In this document: in pieces, positions 1 through 9,515 of the stretch | Layout of the letters: every line of letters begins with the position of its first letter | Position numbering within the stretch: the stretch's first letter is position 1 | From: a virus | Taxonomy: Duplodnaviria; Caudoviricetes | IMG/VR virus record: IMGVR_UViG_3300036715_003055 | Coordinates: 1 to 52,545 of that record | DNA: 52,545 nucleotides | Strand: one strand, 5' to 3' | The notes under the pieces: model-generated | The model's database searches: none | What the model saw: the letters and a program-made list of their open reading frames with translations, nothing else | Told to the model about the DNA's origin: nothing | Program-made: the position numbers and the translations under genes

Positions 1-2238
1 GGTTATTGTGGATGTTCCTTTAGCAATAGTATTTAACACAATTTGCCTATCTAAAGATTTAAGCAATTTATATAAATCTTTAGTGTCACGATAATGATTT
101 GATTGATCATATGATATATTTGTAAATCTTTTATATTCATCTTTAGTTGTTAATCTTCTGTAATTAACTGATCTCATAAATTTATCTATTATATCAGCAG
201 TTTTTAAAGATTCGCTATTTTTTAATACTTGTTTATAAGAATTTTTTAATTCCTTTATAGCTAAATAAAATTTTAAAGTATAAATTACTTCCTTAGGTAA
301 TTTTTTTAAATCTTCTTCTTTATACTCAGATGGCAATATAATATTATTATCATTTTTTAAAAATTTTAAAATGGAATAATCATAATAAGGATCTGATGGA
401 AAAGAATTTTCTGTAAGATTACTACTATAAGATTTAAACATATCAGAATCTTTTGCAAATTTTTCAAACTTTCTATTCTTATGTGAAATACCTTTTACTA
501 AATATGTATAAACATCTTGACCAATTGTATCGAAAGAATATAAATCTGGACTAAATAAAAATTCATTTATAGCTGTCAATTTATCTGTAGTTAAATCATT
601 CAACAAATATTTTTCTAATCCTTTCGTATCAGCGGTTTTATTAATTATCGGATTAAATTCTGTTTGTAAATCTTCATCATATATTAATCTACAATTTCTT
701 AATGAAATTTCAGAAGTAGCTGCCCCATTAGAATCTATTGTTGTATTTATAGAAGCAATGATACCTAATATAGTTGGACCATTAAGGTCAAAAAATACAG
801 CCGGGAAACCAATTAATCTATATGGATTCCATGATGTTACAACTCTAGCAATTCTAGATGAATAACGATTATGTAGATATTGCTCAACAGAAAATACTCG
901 CATGGCCGCACCAATTTCATTTTTTAAATTTACATCTTTACCAATTACTTCTTTTCCTAATTTAACATCAATATTAGTTTTATTATTATAAAATGCTTTT
1001 GTTATAACTCCATCATATGTCGATATAGCTAAATTAACACCTCTAAAAGATTCTTCTTGTGTATAATTAGATATAACTGCTCCATTTTTATCGGTTGAAA
1101 TTTCTAATGAAGGTAATACATAGATAGGATTTATCCATTCCGGTAAAGATTGTCCATCAAGTAATGACCAAGATGTTTGTGAAATTTGTCTGGTAACTTC
1201 ATTTACTAAATCTCTTGAAAAAGTTATTCTACTAACTTGTGAAGGAAATATTACGTTTGGTAATATTGGTACACCATTCTCTAATCTAGGAAAGTAAAAA
1301 CCACGTAAAGGATAATGATAATTATTATCTAAATTGTTAAAAAAGCTTTTTACTGCTGTTGGTGCAGTTGGTACTATAAATTGATAATTAACAAATTCTT
1401 GAAATCTTGCAAGAACTTCATACAAAGTATATATCTTTTTTTCACCCAAAACAAAATTTTGTGTATTTTGAACATAGTCGGTAAAACTTTCCCATATAGC
1501 TTTTAACATTAACGGGTTAGAATATCCAGGATTTGGGAATGAAAATATTGATTGAGATAATTTATATGAATTAGAAAGTATCCCATAAAATATATCATTA
1601 AATTCAAAATATTTATTAAAAGTATCAAAAATTAATTGATAGTTTCCTTTTTTAACTCCATCTGTTTGTAATAATCTAGCAAATTCATCCCCTAACCCAC
1701 CAACTCTTGTCATAGCCCCAAGTTTAGATAAAGCCCCTTTTATTTCTATATCTTTTGCATTTTCTGTATTTAATAAATCAAGATTTATCATAGATTGTGT
1801 GGTAATTTTATCTAAAGATTTATCATTCATTATTGTTACATTTGTTTTTTGCAAATACTCTGCCATTTCCTTTTGTTTTGTAACTATAGAATCAGTAGGT
1901 CTTAATCTAGCAGTCAGCATTCTATTAAATAGATGTGTAAATTTTAATACAACTTGATATCCACCTGCAGGATCTTTTACAAAATCACTCCCTGTAAGTT
2001 CACCTTCAAATAAAAGACATGACTCTTTTTGGTTTTGATCATTATATACATCTCCAAATACCTGTATATTAGTTGATGCTGGAATTCTTAGAATTCTATA
2101 GTCAGAAGAAAAAGTTATAGCCAAAGATGGTATTGTACCTTCAGCTTCTGAAATTTGAATTGAAGAAAAATGAATTTTCAACCCTTCTAAATAAACTTCC
2201 AATCCTGAAATATTTGTTACTGTTTTTGTATTTACCAT
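1..2238 (-). CDS. Tail/baseplate hub-like protein (partial, runs off window start)
   Basis: Not in ORF track. ATG at 2238 overlaps the tape-measure stop (TAATG). Reads MVNTKTVTNISGLEVYLEGLKIHFSSIQI...WNPYRLIGFPAVFF. Position directly after the tape measure is typical of hub proteins. Confidence 0.6.
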   Translation of the reverse strand, partial: MVNTKTVTNISGLEVYLEGLKIHFSSIQISEAEGTIPSLAITFSSDYRILRIPASTNIQVFGDVYNDQNQKESCLLFEGELTGSDFVKDPAGGYQVVLKFTHLFNRMLTARLRPTDSIVTKQKEMAEYLQKTNVTIMNDKSLDKITTQSMINLDLLNTENAKDIEIKGALSKLGAMTRVGGLGDEFARLLQTDGVKKGNYQLIFDTFNKYFEFNDIFYGILSNSYKLSQSIFSFPNPGYSNPLMLKAIWESFTDYVQNTQNFVLGEKKIYTLYEVLARFQEFVNYQFIVPTAPTAVKSFFNNLDNNYHYPLRGFYFPRLENGVPILPNVIFPSQVSRITFSRDLVNEVTRQISQTSWSLLDGQSLPEWINPIYVLPSLEISTDKNGAVISNYTQEESFRGVNLAISTYDGVITKAFYNNKTNIDVKLGKEVIGKDVNLKNEIGAAMRVFSVEQYLHNRYSSRIARVVTSWNPYRLIGFPAVFFDLNGPTILGIIASINTTIDSNGAATSEISLRNCRLIYDEDLQTEFNPIINKTADTKGLEKYLLNDLTTDKLTAINEFLFSPDLYSFDTIGQDVYTYLVKGISHKNRKFEKFAKDSDMFKSYSSNLTENSFPSDPYYDYSILKFLKNDNNIILPSEYKEEDLKKLPKEVIYTLKFYLAIKELKNSYKQVLKNSESLKTADIIDKFMRSVNYRRLTTKDEYKRFTNISYDQSNHYRDTKDLYKLLKSLDRQIVLNTIAKGTSTIT

Positions 2239-5200
2239 TATTTATTTCCGCCTTTAGGTGCTTGTTGTTTTGATCTAACAATACTATGTGGGTAATAGAA
2301 GGCTCCTCCATTTTCACTTGTATATAATAAATTAACTATGTCATATAAATAATTATTAGCTGTTTTTTGTAATTCAATTTGATCATTTACTTGAAGACCA
2401 CTATATGTATTGGATACTAAATCAGATCCTTTATTATAAAATGCAGCCATCGTTTTTTGCTGATCATCAATAACACCATTTGCCATTTCTAATTTTTGTC
2501 TCAGATAACGTAAACGTAAATCATGCTTTTGTAGCTCTGTCATATTGCCATTTTTCTCTTCATATTGAAGTATTTTACCTTCTAATTCTAAAGCATCAGT
2601 CTGAGAAGTTTCATCTATAGTATATACAAAATCTTTACCATTAGCTAAAGCATACCCAGCTTGTGATTTTAACTGAGTTTTTATTTTTTCTCTTATCGAT
2701 GCATCTGTTATATTTAATTTATCTACAGCTGTTTTAGCAACATCTTCAAACATGTTTGCATAAGTATTTGATTTAGTTTGTTGTACTAATTCTGAAATAT
2801 CAAAAAATTCAGAATTATTTTTAAATTCTTTTAATTGAGTTTGTCTATATTGATAGCGTTCCATTTTTTGACGTATAGCTTTGGCTTCATCACTATTTGG
2901 GGCTAAATTTTGTAATTGATTCCTAAAATCATTGATATATTTTTGTAAATTAGCTATGTCGTTTGTGACAAGAGTCATCGCACTATTAGTTTCAATATTT
3001 GATGTATCGCCTTGTTGATATTTTTCTAAGTCACTTTCCAATGTTGAAAAATATTTACCAAAATATTTATCTACCTCTTCTTCAGTGTATCCATATTTCT
3101 GTTTTATCTGTTCTCTAAGTTGATAAATTTTATTACCCCTATCCTCTTTAAAATAACCTTTTTCATCATATATTGTATCATGTTTTAAAATATCACTAAC
3201 TTTTTTATCTAAATATAAATCTACTACATCTTTACCAGTTCTTTCTAAAAAATTAGCTTCTAAAAGTCCTTTATCTTCGTAAGCAATACCACGACCTCTA
3301 AGAGTTCTCATTATATTTTCAGAAGAATTAATATTATTAGCTACCACCATTTTTTCAGCTTTAGATAAATTATCCCATTTTTTTCCAACCATTTTTTCTG
3401 ATACTACATCTAAAGCTTGTGATAAAGTTTTTGATGTAATAATTTTTCCATTTTTGTCAACCCGATCTATTGTCATATCTGGTAATAAATATTTATTATT
3501 TTTATCAAATAGTCTAGCATTTATATAACCCTCAGCCTTGTAATATTCATCTTTAGTAACTGCACTACTTTTACTATTAAAATCCATATTACTATATAAA
3601 TTTAATTCTCTTGCATAGACTATATCATTTTTTAATTCTTTTGCACTTAAATTATTATTTATATTTTTTACACTATTTAATAATTTTCTTTGAGTATCTT
3701 CTGTAGTTCCATATGCTAAATCATTAAATATATCTTGCTGTTCCTGTGTTAATTTATCGCGTTCTCTAGCTATACTTGAATTTTTAATATATTTTTTATT
3801 TAATTCTTTAATTATATTTTCTCGTTCATCATCTTTTAAAGATGAGAACCATTTTTTAGCTTCAATTGCATAATCAGCATTTTCTCCTTTTAAAGCTTCA
3901 GTTATTGCTCTTCTATTTCTTGTTTGGTTTACAGTTAATTTTCCAGCTCGTGTAGCACCAGTCATCCAATCTGATACGTCATTCCATCCATACTCAGCCG
4001 AGTCTCCAAGAAATTTTGATGTTTCATACGAAAACCTACCTAAAAAACCTAATAGAGGAGATATTACAGGAATATTTCTAAATACATTTTTAATATCAAA
4101 CCATACATCATCATACCAAGGAGTTGCCATATTTTCTGCATCCCGCATAATAAAGTCTGTTAAAACTTTGTCTGAAATTTTACTGTACGGACCTTTATAG
4201 GCAATTACAGCATTATGAGTATCATATAGCATTCCTTTATCTTTCATTTCTTCATATGTTCTTAAAAATATATCTCTACGGCCAATTAATGATGGAGCTG
4301 CTTTACCTGTTCCATATTGAAGACTAGTACCACCTCCTTTTAATGCTTTTATAGTTGAATCAACTCCTCCATAATGTATCATATTTAAGATAGACATAGA
4401 ATTTTCATCCAAATTATTTAAATCTATCCTATCTGATAATCCTGCTTTTGCTGCTTTTGTATTAAATTCTTCAGTTGTTAGCCCAACATATTTTTTAAAA
4501 TATTCGTCCTGTAATGATTCATTTGCTAAAAATTCTTCTTCAGTACCAGTGTATCCAAGTTGCCTTAATGTAGTAGGCATAAATTGATATTTACCTAATG
4601 CCCTTGTACCATAATGTTTACTTTTTGGGTCTATAATCATATCACCGCGAATATTAGATCTTCCCCCAGATTCAACTTGACTTAATACAGCTGCATAAGT
4701 TTCTAAGCCATTTAATGGTTCACTTTCATATCGTTGTAATTCTTCCATTTCTTCAGGTGTTAATGTTGTTGCATGCTCAACCAATATTCTAGCTTGGCCT
4801 TCAGATATATTATTCATCAATTTAACTGCACCTACTAATTGTTCTTTACTAAATTTTCCACCTTCTCCTTTTAATCCTTGAATATCTAATAATTCCATAG
4901 CGGATTTTACAGCTGCAGTAGCCTGATCAATAGCGGCACCAAATCTTCCCTGATTGGCCTGTAAAACGTAATAATTACCAGGATTATTAGCGAACATTCC
5001 ACTAATATCTGATAATTTAGAAGTCATGTCACTATAAGGCGATCCCCCCGACATAGTAGTTGCTATGTTTAAAATACCTAGCCCAGTATTAGAATAATTT
5101 AATCTAAATTGCATTAATTGAGCAGCAGCCGCATCTGGTCCACCTAAATTATACATTAATTCTCGTGAATAAGGATTAGATGACAATGCTAATCTAGCCA

Positions 5201-6365
5201 TCTCTTCCCGTGCATCCACCATCATTTCGAAACCTTGCCTTGCCGTAACGCCTGTCCCAACAACTGCTTGAGCTCCTTGTAATCCAGCTTGAATTAATTC
5301 TACCCCACTCATTCCTACCAAGGATGCTCTTGTCTGCATAGAACTAGCAAATAAACCTGCTTGATTAGCACTTACTATTCCTTTTTGTTCTAAATCCCCC
5401 ATTAATCTAGCAGCTTCATCTTGAAAAATTTCTAAAGTTTTAGATACAAGTCTTAAATTATCCATTACTGCTTCTACTCGTCTCTGAAGTTCAGCAGGAT
5501 CTTTACTACCACTAAGCCCCCCAGCTGCAGCATAATTTAATATTCCGCTTGTTACTTCATCTTTTGTATACTCATGTAAACGCCCTTGCGGAGAATTTAT
5601 AAATCCTGCTACTGCATCTGCTAAATGTCTAGAATCAGCTGGAGTCATTAAACGTAATGTTCTTTGCCCCAATTCTTGAAACGCGTATTGCATTTCATCT
5701 CTTTCTTTATATTTATCTGCAATACCGCTAACAGCTAAATCTGCTACAAATAAACTTGCAGCAGTTGCCCAACCTACCGGTCCAGAAGCAGCAACACCCA
5801 ACAACTCAAGCCCTTCACTAACAATCGTTCCGGTAGCTATACTAGAAATAGTTGGTGCAGCGTCCCTAACAAAGTAATTTACTTTTTTACCAAATGCTCG
5901 TTTATTTTCTTCTTCATATTTAGTTTCAAAAATTGGCATTTGTTGTTGATATCCAAAACCAAATGATCCAGAAAAAGAACCAGATGTTTCAGGAATTAAT
6001 TGACTAGCCCCGTATTGTACAGTATTAACAGCGTTAGACATATCATTATACATATTTTGTGCAGCTTGCCAAGATATATAAGCTGATGAATTAACATCCG
6101 ATATTAACTTATCAGTTGCTTGTGGTATATAACTATAAAATGGTAAATCTGGCGGTTTGGCGCCATAAGTTTGTAATGCCGTAACATCCGGTTGTTGAAT
6201 TTGAGCCGGGGCCTGTATAGGAGTTATAGATGTAGTCTGTTGCATTTGAGCATTTGCGAATGCTTCCTGAACTGCTTGGTCTATTCTTTGTCTAATATCG
6301 ATTAACTGTGAATTTAAATCACTAGAATCTAATTCTATTCTATATCTTAAAACAGTGTCTGCCAC
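2238..6365 (-). CDS. Tape measure protein with lysozyme/lytic-transglycosylase-like domain
   Basis: 1375 aa, Ala/Gly/Gln-rich helical N-half, follows the frameshifted chaperone pair. Internal LSQVESGG...ALGKYQFMPTTL is a lysozyme-fold motif (catalytic Glu). Confidence 0.8.
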   Translation of the reverse strand: MADTVLRYRIELDSSDLNSQLIDIRQRIDQAVQEAFANAQMQQTTSITPIQAPAQIQQPDVTALQTYGAKPPDLPFYSYIPQATDKLISDVNSSAYISWQAAQNMYNDMSNAVNTVQYGASQLIPETSGSFSGSFGFGYQQQMPIFETKYEEENKRAFGKKVNYFVRDAAPTISSIATGTIVSEGLELLGVAASGPVGWATAASLFVADLAVSGIADKYKERDEMQYAFQELGQRTLRLMTPADSRHLADAVAGFINSPQGRLHEYTKDEVTSGILNYAAAGGLSGSKDPAELQRRVEAVMDNLRLVSKTLEIFQDEAARLMGDLEQKGIVSANQAGLFASSMQTRASLVGMSGVELIQAGLQGAQAVVGTGVTARQGFEMMVDAREEMARLALSSNPYSRELMYNLGGPDAAAAQLMQFRLNYSNTGLGILNIATTMSGGSPYSDMTSKLSDISGMFANNPGNYYVLQANQGRFGAAIDQATAAVKSAMELLDIQGLKGEGGKFSKEQLVGAVKLMNNISEGQARILVEHATTLTPEEMEELQRYESEPLNGLETYAAVLSQVESGGRSNIRGDMIIDPKSKHYGTRALGKYQFMPTTLRQLGYTGTEEEFLANESLQDEYFKKYVGLTTEEFNTKAAKAGLSDRIDLNNLDENSMSILNMIHYGGVDSTIKALKGGGTSLQYGTGKAAPSLIGRRDIFLRTYEEMKDKGMLYDTHNAVIAYKGPYSKISDKVLTDFIMRDAENMATPWYDDVWFDIKNVFRNIPVISPLLGFLGRFSYETSKFLGDSAEYGWNDVSDWMTGATRAGKLTVNQTRNRRAITEALKGENADYAIEAKKWFSSLKDDERENIIKELNKKYIKNSSIARERDKLTQEQQDIFNDLAYGTTEDTQRKLLNSVKNINNNLSAKELKNDIVYARELNLYSNMDFNSKSSAVTKDEYYKAEGYINARLFDKNNKYLLPDMTIDRVDKNGKIITSKTLSQALDVVSEKMVGKKWDNLSKAEKMVVANNINSSENIMRTLRGRGIAYEDKGLLEANFLERTGKDVVDLYLDKKVSDILKHDTIYDEKGYFKEDRGNKIYQLREQIKQKYGYTEEEVDKYFGKYFSTLESDLEKYQQGDTSNIETNSAMTLVTNDIANLQKYINDFRNQLQNLAPNSDEAKAIRQKMERYQYRQTQLKEFKNNSEFFDISELVQQTKSNTYANMFEDVAKTAVDKLNITDASIREKIKTQLKSQAGYALANGKDFVYTIDETSQTDALELEGKILQYEEKNGNMTELQKHDLRLRYLRQKLEMANGVIDDQQKTMAAFYNKGSDLVSNTYSGLQVNDQIELQKTANNYLYDIVNLLYTSENGGAFYYPHSIVRSKQQAPKGGNK

Positions 6366-6368
6366 TAA

Positions 6369-7150
6369 TTAGACCTCTTTTTGAGTTAATTTATATAAAT
6401 CTTTTATATCCATTGGTTTAAATTCATTTTTTACCTTATTTCCTATTTTTAACTTTAATTCTTTTTGTCTAAAATTTTTTTGAAAATCTTTCATTTCGTC
6501 ATCTATATTCAATATTTTGCCGTCCGCAGTTCTCGGTTTTTTAGGTATATCAAATAACATTAATTCTTTATAATCTTTAAAAAGATTATTAAATCTTGTT
6601 ACTTCCGATTGTTGTGTTCTATCAAGAGTCATTGCTGTAACAAGCAAATTTGTTTCTAATAATTTTAAAGTATCATTTATATCTTGATTCTTTATTAAGA
6701 CGGCCTCTCGTAAGCTTCCAGGTTTACCTAAATTTATTCCTTTGGAGATTGCTCTTGCTTTGCTTGCGAGTCGGCCTTTTCGAAAAAATTTTCTTCTATC
6801 TCCTCAGCTTTTAATGCCTCTCTTACTTGTTTTTCAAAAGTATCTTGTTCTTTTAATAATCTATCTACAACCGGAACAGCAAGTTTAGATATATATTCAA
6901 AGGCTTCGTCTGAATTATTAAAAGTTATATTTTTGTATTTTACAAGAGCGTGTGCTAATTTTTGTAATCCATATAATTGATAGACTTTTAGTTTACTACC
7001 TTTTTCATCCATCATTTTATCATCAATATCAAGATAATCTTCTCCGGATAAATTTTTAATTGTTGCGTCTAATTTATCTGGAATTAAAGAAACTGTGTGA
7101 GTTGCAAAACCATTATCAAAAATTTCTTCTAATATTTTTGAATAATCCAT
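6369..7150 (-). CDS. Tail assembly chaperone, -1 frameshift fusion product (lambda gpGT-like), about 260 aa
   Basis: The -1 frame from the slippery site (6791-6782) is open (FRKGRLASKARAISKGINLG...) and continuous with track ORF 6369..6647. Confidence 0.8.
6702..6791 (-). promoter_or_regulatory. Programmed -1 ribosomal frameshift signal (slippery site plus 3' stem)
   Basis: In-frame A-AAU-UUU overlapping U-UUU-UUC. Downstream GGCCGACUCGCAAGC (6776-6762) can pair with GCUUACGAGAGGCC (6715-6702). Confidence 0.75.
6734..7150 (-). CDS. Tail assembly chaperone (gpG-like)
   Basis: 138 aa acidic protein upstream of the tape measure, ending ...EENFF at the slippery site. SD GAGG. Confidence 0.8.
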   Translation of the reverse strand: MDYSKILEEIFDNGFATHTVSLIPDKLDATIKNLSGEDYLDIDDKMMDEKGSKLKVYQLYGLQKLAHALVKYKNITFNNSDEAFEYISKLAVPVVDRLLKEQDTFEKQVREALKAEEIEENFFEKADSQAKQEQSPKE

Positions 7151-7181
7151 TTTTACCTCTTTTGACTAAAATTAATACTTA

Positions 7182-7210
7182 AATATATGATAAAAATAAA
7201 TAGATTTCAA
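7182..7210 (-). promoter_or_regulatory. sigma70-like promoter for the chaperone/tape-measure operon
   Basis: TTGAAA-N17-TATATT. Confidence 0.55.
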
Positions 7211-7228
7211 TATAAATATTAATAGATT

Positions 7229-7242
7229 TTGGTATAAGAATA
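7229..7242 (+). promoter_or_regulatory. Conserved TTGGTATA(A/G)GAA motif, copy 1
   Basis: TTGGTATAAGAATA. Also at 42618, 46457 and 47674, each intergenic and upstream of + strand units. Confidence 0.55.
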
Positions 7243-7271
7243 TTGACAAGGGTTATTTTTTGTTATATTTT
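7243..7271 (+). promoter_or_regulatory. sigma70-like promoter, probably leaderless, for the replication block
   Basis: TTGACA-N17-TATTTT-N5-ATG(7277); no SD. Confidence 0.55.
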
Positions 7272-7276
7272 TACTT

Positions 7277-8668
7277 ATGAATTTTTTTATATCAAATATT
7301 TGTACTATAACTGGAATTGAAGATCCAGTAATAATGGCTACAATAAAAAAAAGACTGACAATAGCAAATCCATTTTACAACAAAAAAACTGAACTTGGAC
7401 TTAGCACTTGGAATGTTCCAACCACATTAACCTTTTATGACCAAATAGCAGAATCCACAATTCAAATACCGGTTGGAGCTTTACCGGACATTATATCCTA
7501 CTTAAAAGAAAATTACAAACCTATACAACAATCTGACATTCATGATTTAAGATTAGATACTTCTGATATAGGAAAAATTTATTTTAAAGACGTTAAGTTT
7601 ACTGGCACTTTACGAGACTATCAACAAGAAATAGTAAATTGTGTGCTAGATAAAACAATAGGAGTTGTAGAAGCTATGACGGGGTCTGGTAAAACAATAA
7701 CATTCGTTAAAATTATTGTTGATAGAAAAATACCGACTTTAATTTTAGTTAATACATTAGAATTAGCAAACCAAATAATAGATTCATTTATAACATTTAC
7801 TAATTTAAAAAAAGAAGATATTGGTTATATCGGAAATGGTAAATTTATATTAAAGCCGATTACAGTAGCACTGCATCAAACTATGCATAAGCTAGGTAAA
7901 TCGGAATTTGCATTAATTAATTCTTTATTTGGTCAAGTTATTGCAGATGAAGTCCATATCGTTGCAGCAAAAACTTATTATAAAACTATGACTTCATTAA
8001 AAGCAAAATATAAATTTGGATTTAGTGCAACACCGAAGCGTGATGATGGATTAACAAATGTAATCTATTTTGCTACCGGACCTAAGATTCATACAGTTCC
8101 TTTAGAAAAATTAAAAGATGTATTAATTGTGCCTTCTTACAAACAAATTTTAACTGACTATTACTTTCCATTAATGGACTCTAAAGAATACATAATGTTG
8201 TTAGATGACTTATCTATTGATAAAGACAGGAACCAAAAAATAGCCCAAGAAGCTCTAACAAATTATAATGATAAATATGTATGTTTATTATGTAATAGAA
8301 TAAATCAAATAATAGAATTAAAAAATTTGTTAGGAGAAGAAGCAGTAATAATACATTCAAAAACAAAAAAGAAAGAGAGACTTTTAGCAATGGAGCAATT
8401 AAAAAATAAACAAAAAAGATATGTAATATCTACCTTCGGGTTATTTAGTACAGGCATAGATATTCCTCATCTAGACACTGTTTTTATTTGTGCTCCTATC
8501 AGAAGCGAAGTAAAATTAAGACAAACTGCAGGACGAATAATGCGTTTGGCTGAAGATAAAGGGTCAGCAACAATAGTGGATTTTGTAGATTATAAAATTG
8601 AATTGCTAAGAAAACAAGCAAACAAAAGAAAATATATTTTTAACCAAATAATGACAGGCACATTATGA
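7277..8668 (+). CDS. Superfamily 2 DNA helicase (UvsW/ResIII-like)
   Basis: LRDYQ, AMTGSGKT (Walker A), DEVH, SAT, QTAGRIMR motifs. Confidence 0.9.
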   Translation: MNFFISNICTITGIEDPVIMATIKKRLTIANPFYNKKTELGLSTWNVPTTLTFYDQIAESTIQIPVGALPDIISYLKENYKPIQQSDIHDLRLDTSDIGKIYFKDVKFTGTLRDYQQEIVNCVLDKTIGVVEAMTGSGKTITFVKIIVDRKIPTLILVNTLELANQIIDSFITFTNLKKEDIGYIGNGKFILKPITVALHQTMHKLGKSEFALINSLFGQVIADEVHIVAAKTYYKTMTSLKAKYKFGFSATPKRDDGLTNVIYFATGPKIHTVPLEKLKDVLIVPSYKQILTDYYFPLMDSKEYIMLLDDLSIDKDRNQKIAQEALTNYNDKYVCLLCNRINQIIELKNLLGEEAVIIHSKTKKKERLLAMEQLKNKQKRYVISTFGLFSTGIDIPHLDTVFICAPIRSEVKLRQTAGRIMRLAEDKGSATIVDFVDYKIELLRKQANKRKYIFNQIMTGTL

Positions 8669-9183
8669 TAAAAAAAATAAATATATATCCTAATCCAATT
8701 TTATTTAAAAAAGCAAGACAATGTCAATTAATAAAAATTATAGAAAATGAAGATAACATTGGAATTCCTCAAGCAAAAAAATGGGAACAAGAAGTAATTG
8801 ATGCAACACAAAATTTACTAGATACAGCAAATAGTTTAAGTGAAAAAGCTGTAGGATTATCTTGTTCACAAATTTGGGATGACCCTGATAAAGATCCATT
8901 AGCTATTTTTGTAATTAAATTAAAAACTAATGATAATTATGTATGGAAGGAATTTATTAATCCTAAAATTATAACTAGTGGACATACAGTAAAAGTTAAA
9001 GAAGAGTGTTTAAGTGTACCAGATATGGAGATAATTAAAAAACGCGAAATCAATGTTACAATAACATATCAAACATTAGAAGATGTAACTCCATTAACAA
9101 TAAAACTATACGGTAAATATTCATTTTTACCAGTTATTATTCAACATGAATATGATCATTTAAATGGGAAATTAATAATATGA
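8665..9183 (+). CDS. def: Peptide deformylase
   Basis: AVGLSCSQI, EECLSVP and QHEYDHLNG match the three PDF motifs (first two divergent). Confidence 0.88.
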   Translation: MIKKINIYPNPILFKKARQCQLIKIIENEDNIGIPQAKKWEQEVIDATQNLLDTANSLSEKAVGLSCSQIWDDPDKDPLAIFVIKLKTNDNYVWKEFINPKIITSGHTVKVKEECLSVPDMEIIKKREINVTITYQTLEDVTPLTIKLYGKYSFLPVIIQHEYDHLNGKLII

Positions 9184-9515
9184 GTACTTCGTCTTATAAT
9201 TTTTCATTTTCAAATAAAGAAAAAAAAGAAGAAGAAAGTGAGGATCCGCGTAAAGGATTACGTATAGCAAAGTGTTGTGGTAACTGTAAATTTTTTTGGT
9301 ATGAACATGCTAAAGAAAGAAGAGGTTATTGTAAGTTACCATATACAAAAGATAAAATATCTAGTATAGATAAAGAATTTGCACTTTCTACTTTTCGTAA
9401 AACCCATACTACTGCGGTTTGTGATTTGCATAGATTTAGAAGCAAAAAAAATAGTATAGAGCGCTTAGAGAGATGGATGGGAATTAAATTTGATATAAAT
9501 GGAAATCAAACGTAA
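9180..9515 (+). CDS. Small Cys-rich putative Zn-binding protein
   Basis: CCGNC...GYC...VCDLH; coupled by ATGA/TAATG overlaps. Confidence 0.6.
   Translation: MSTSSYNFSFSNKEKKEEESEDPRKGLRIAKCCGNCKFFWYEHAKERRGYCKLPYTKDKISSIDKEFALSTFRKTHTTAVCDLHRFRSKKNSIERLERWMGIKFDINGNQT

Noticed and set aside
7229-7246. sigma54 promoter reading of TGGTATAAGAA
   Set aside because: No GC at the -12 position (GG-N10-GC) in the copies examined.
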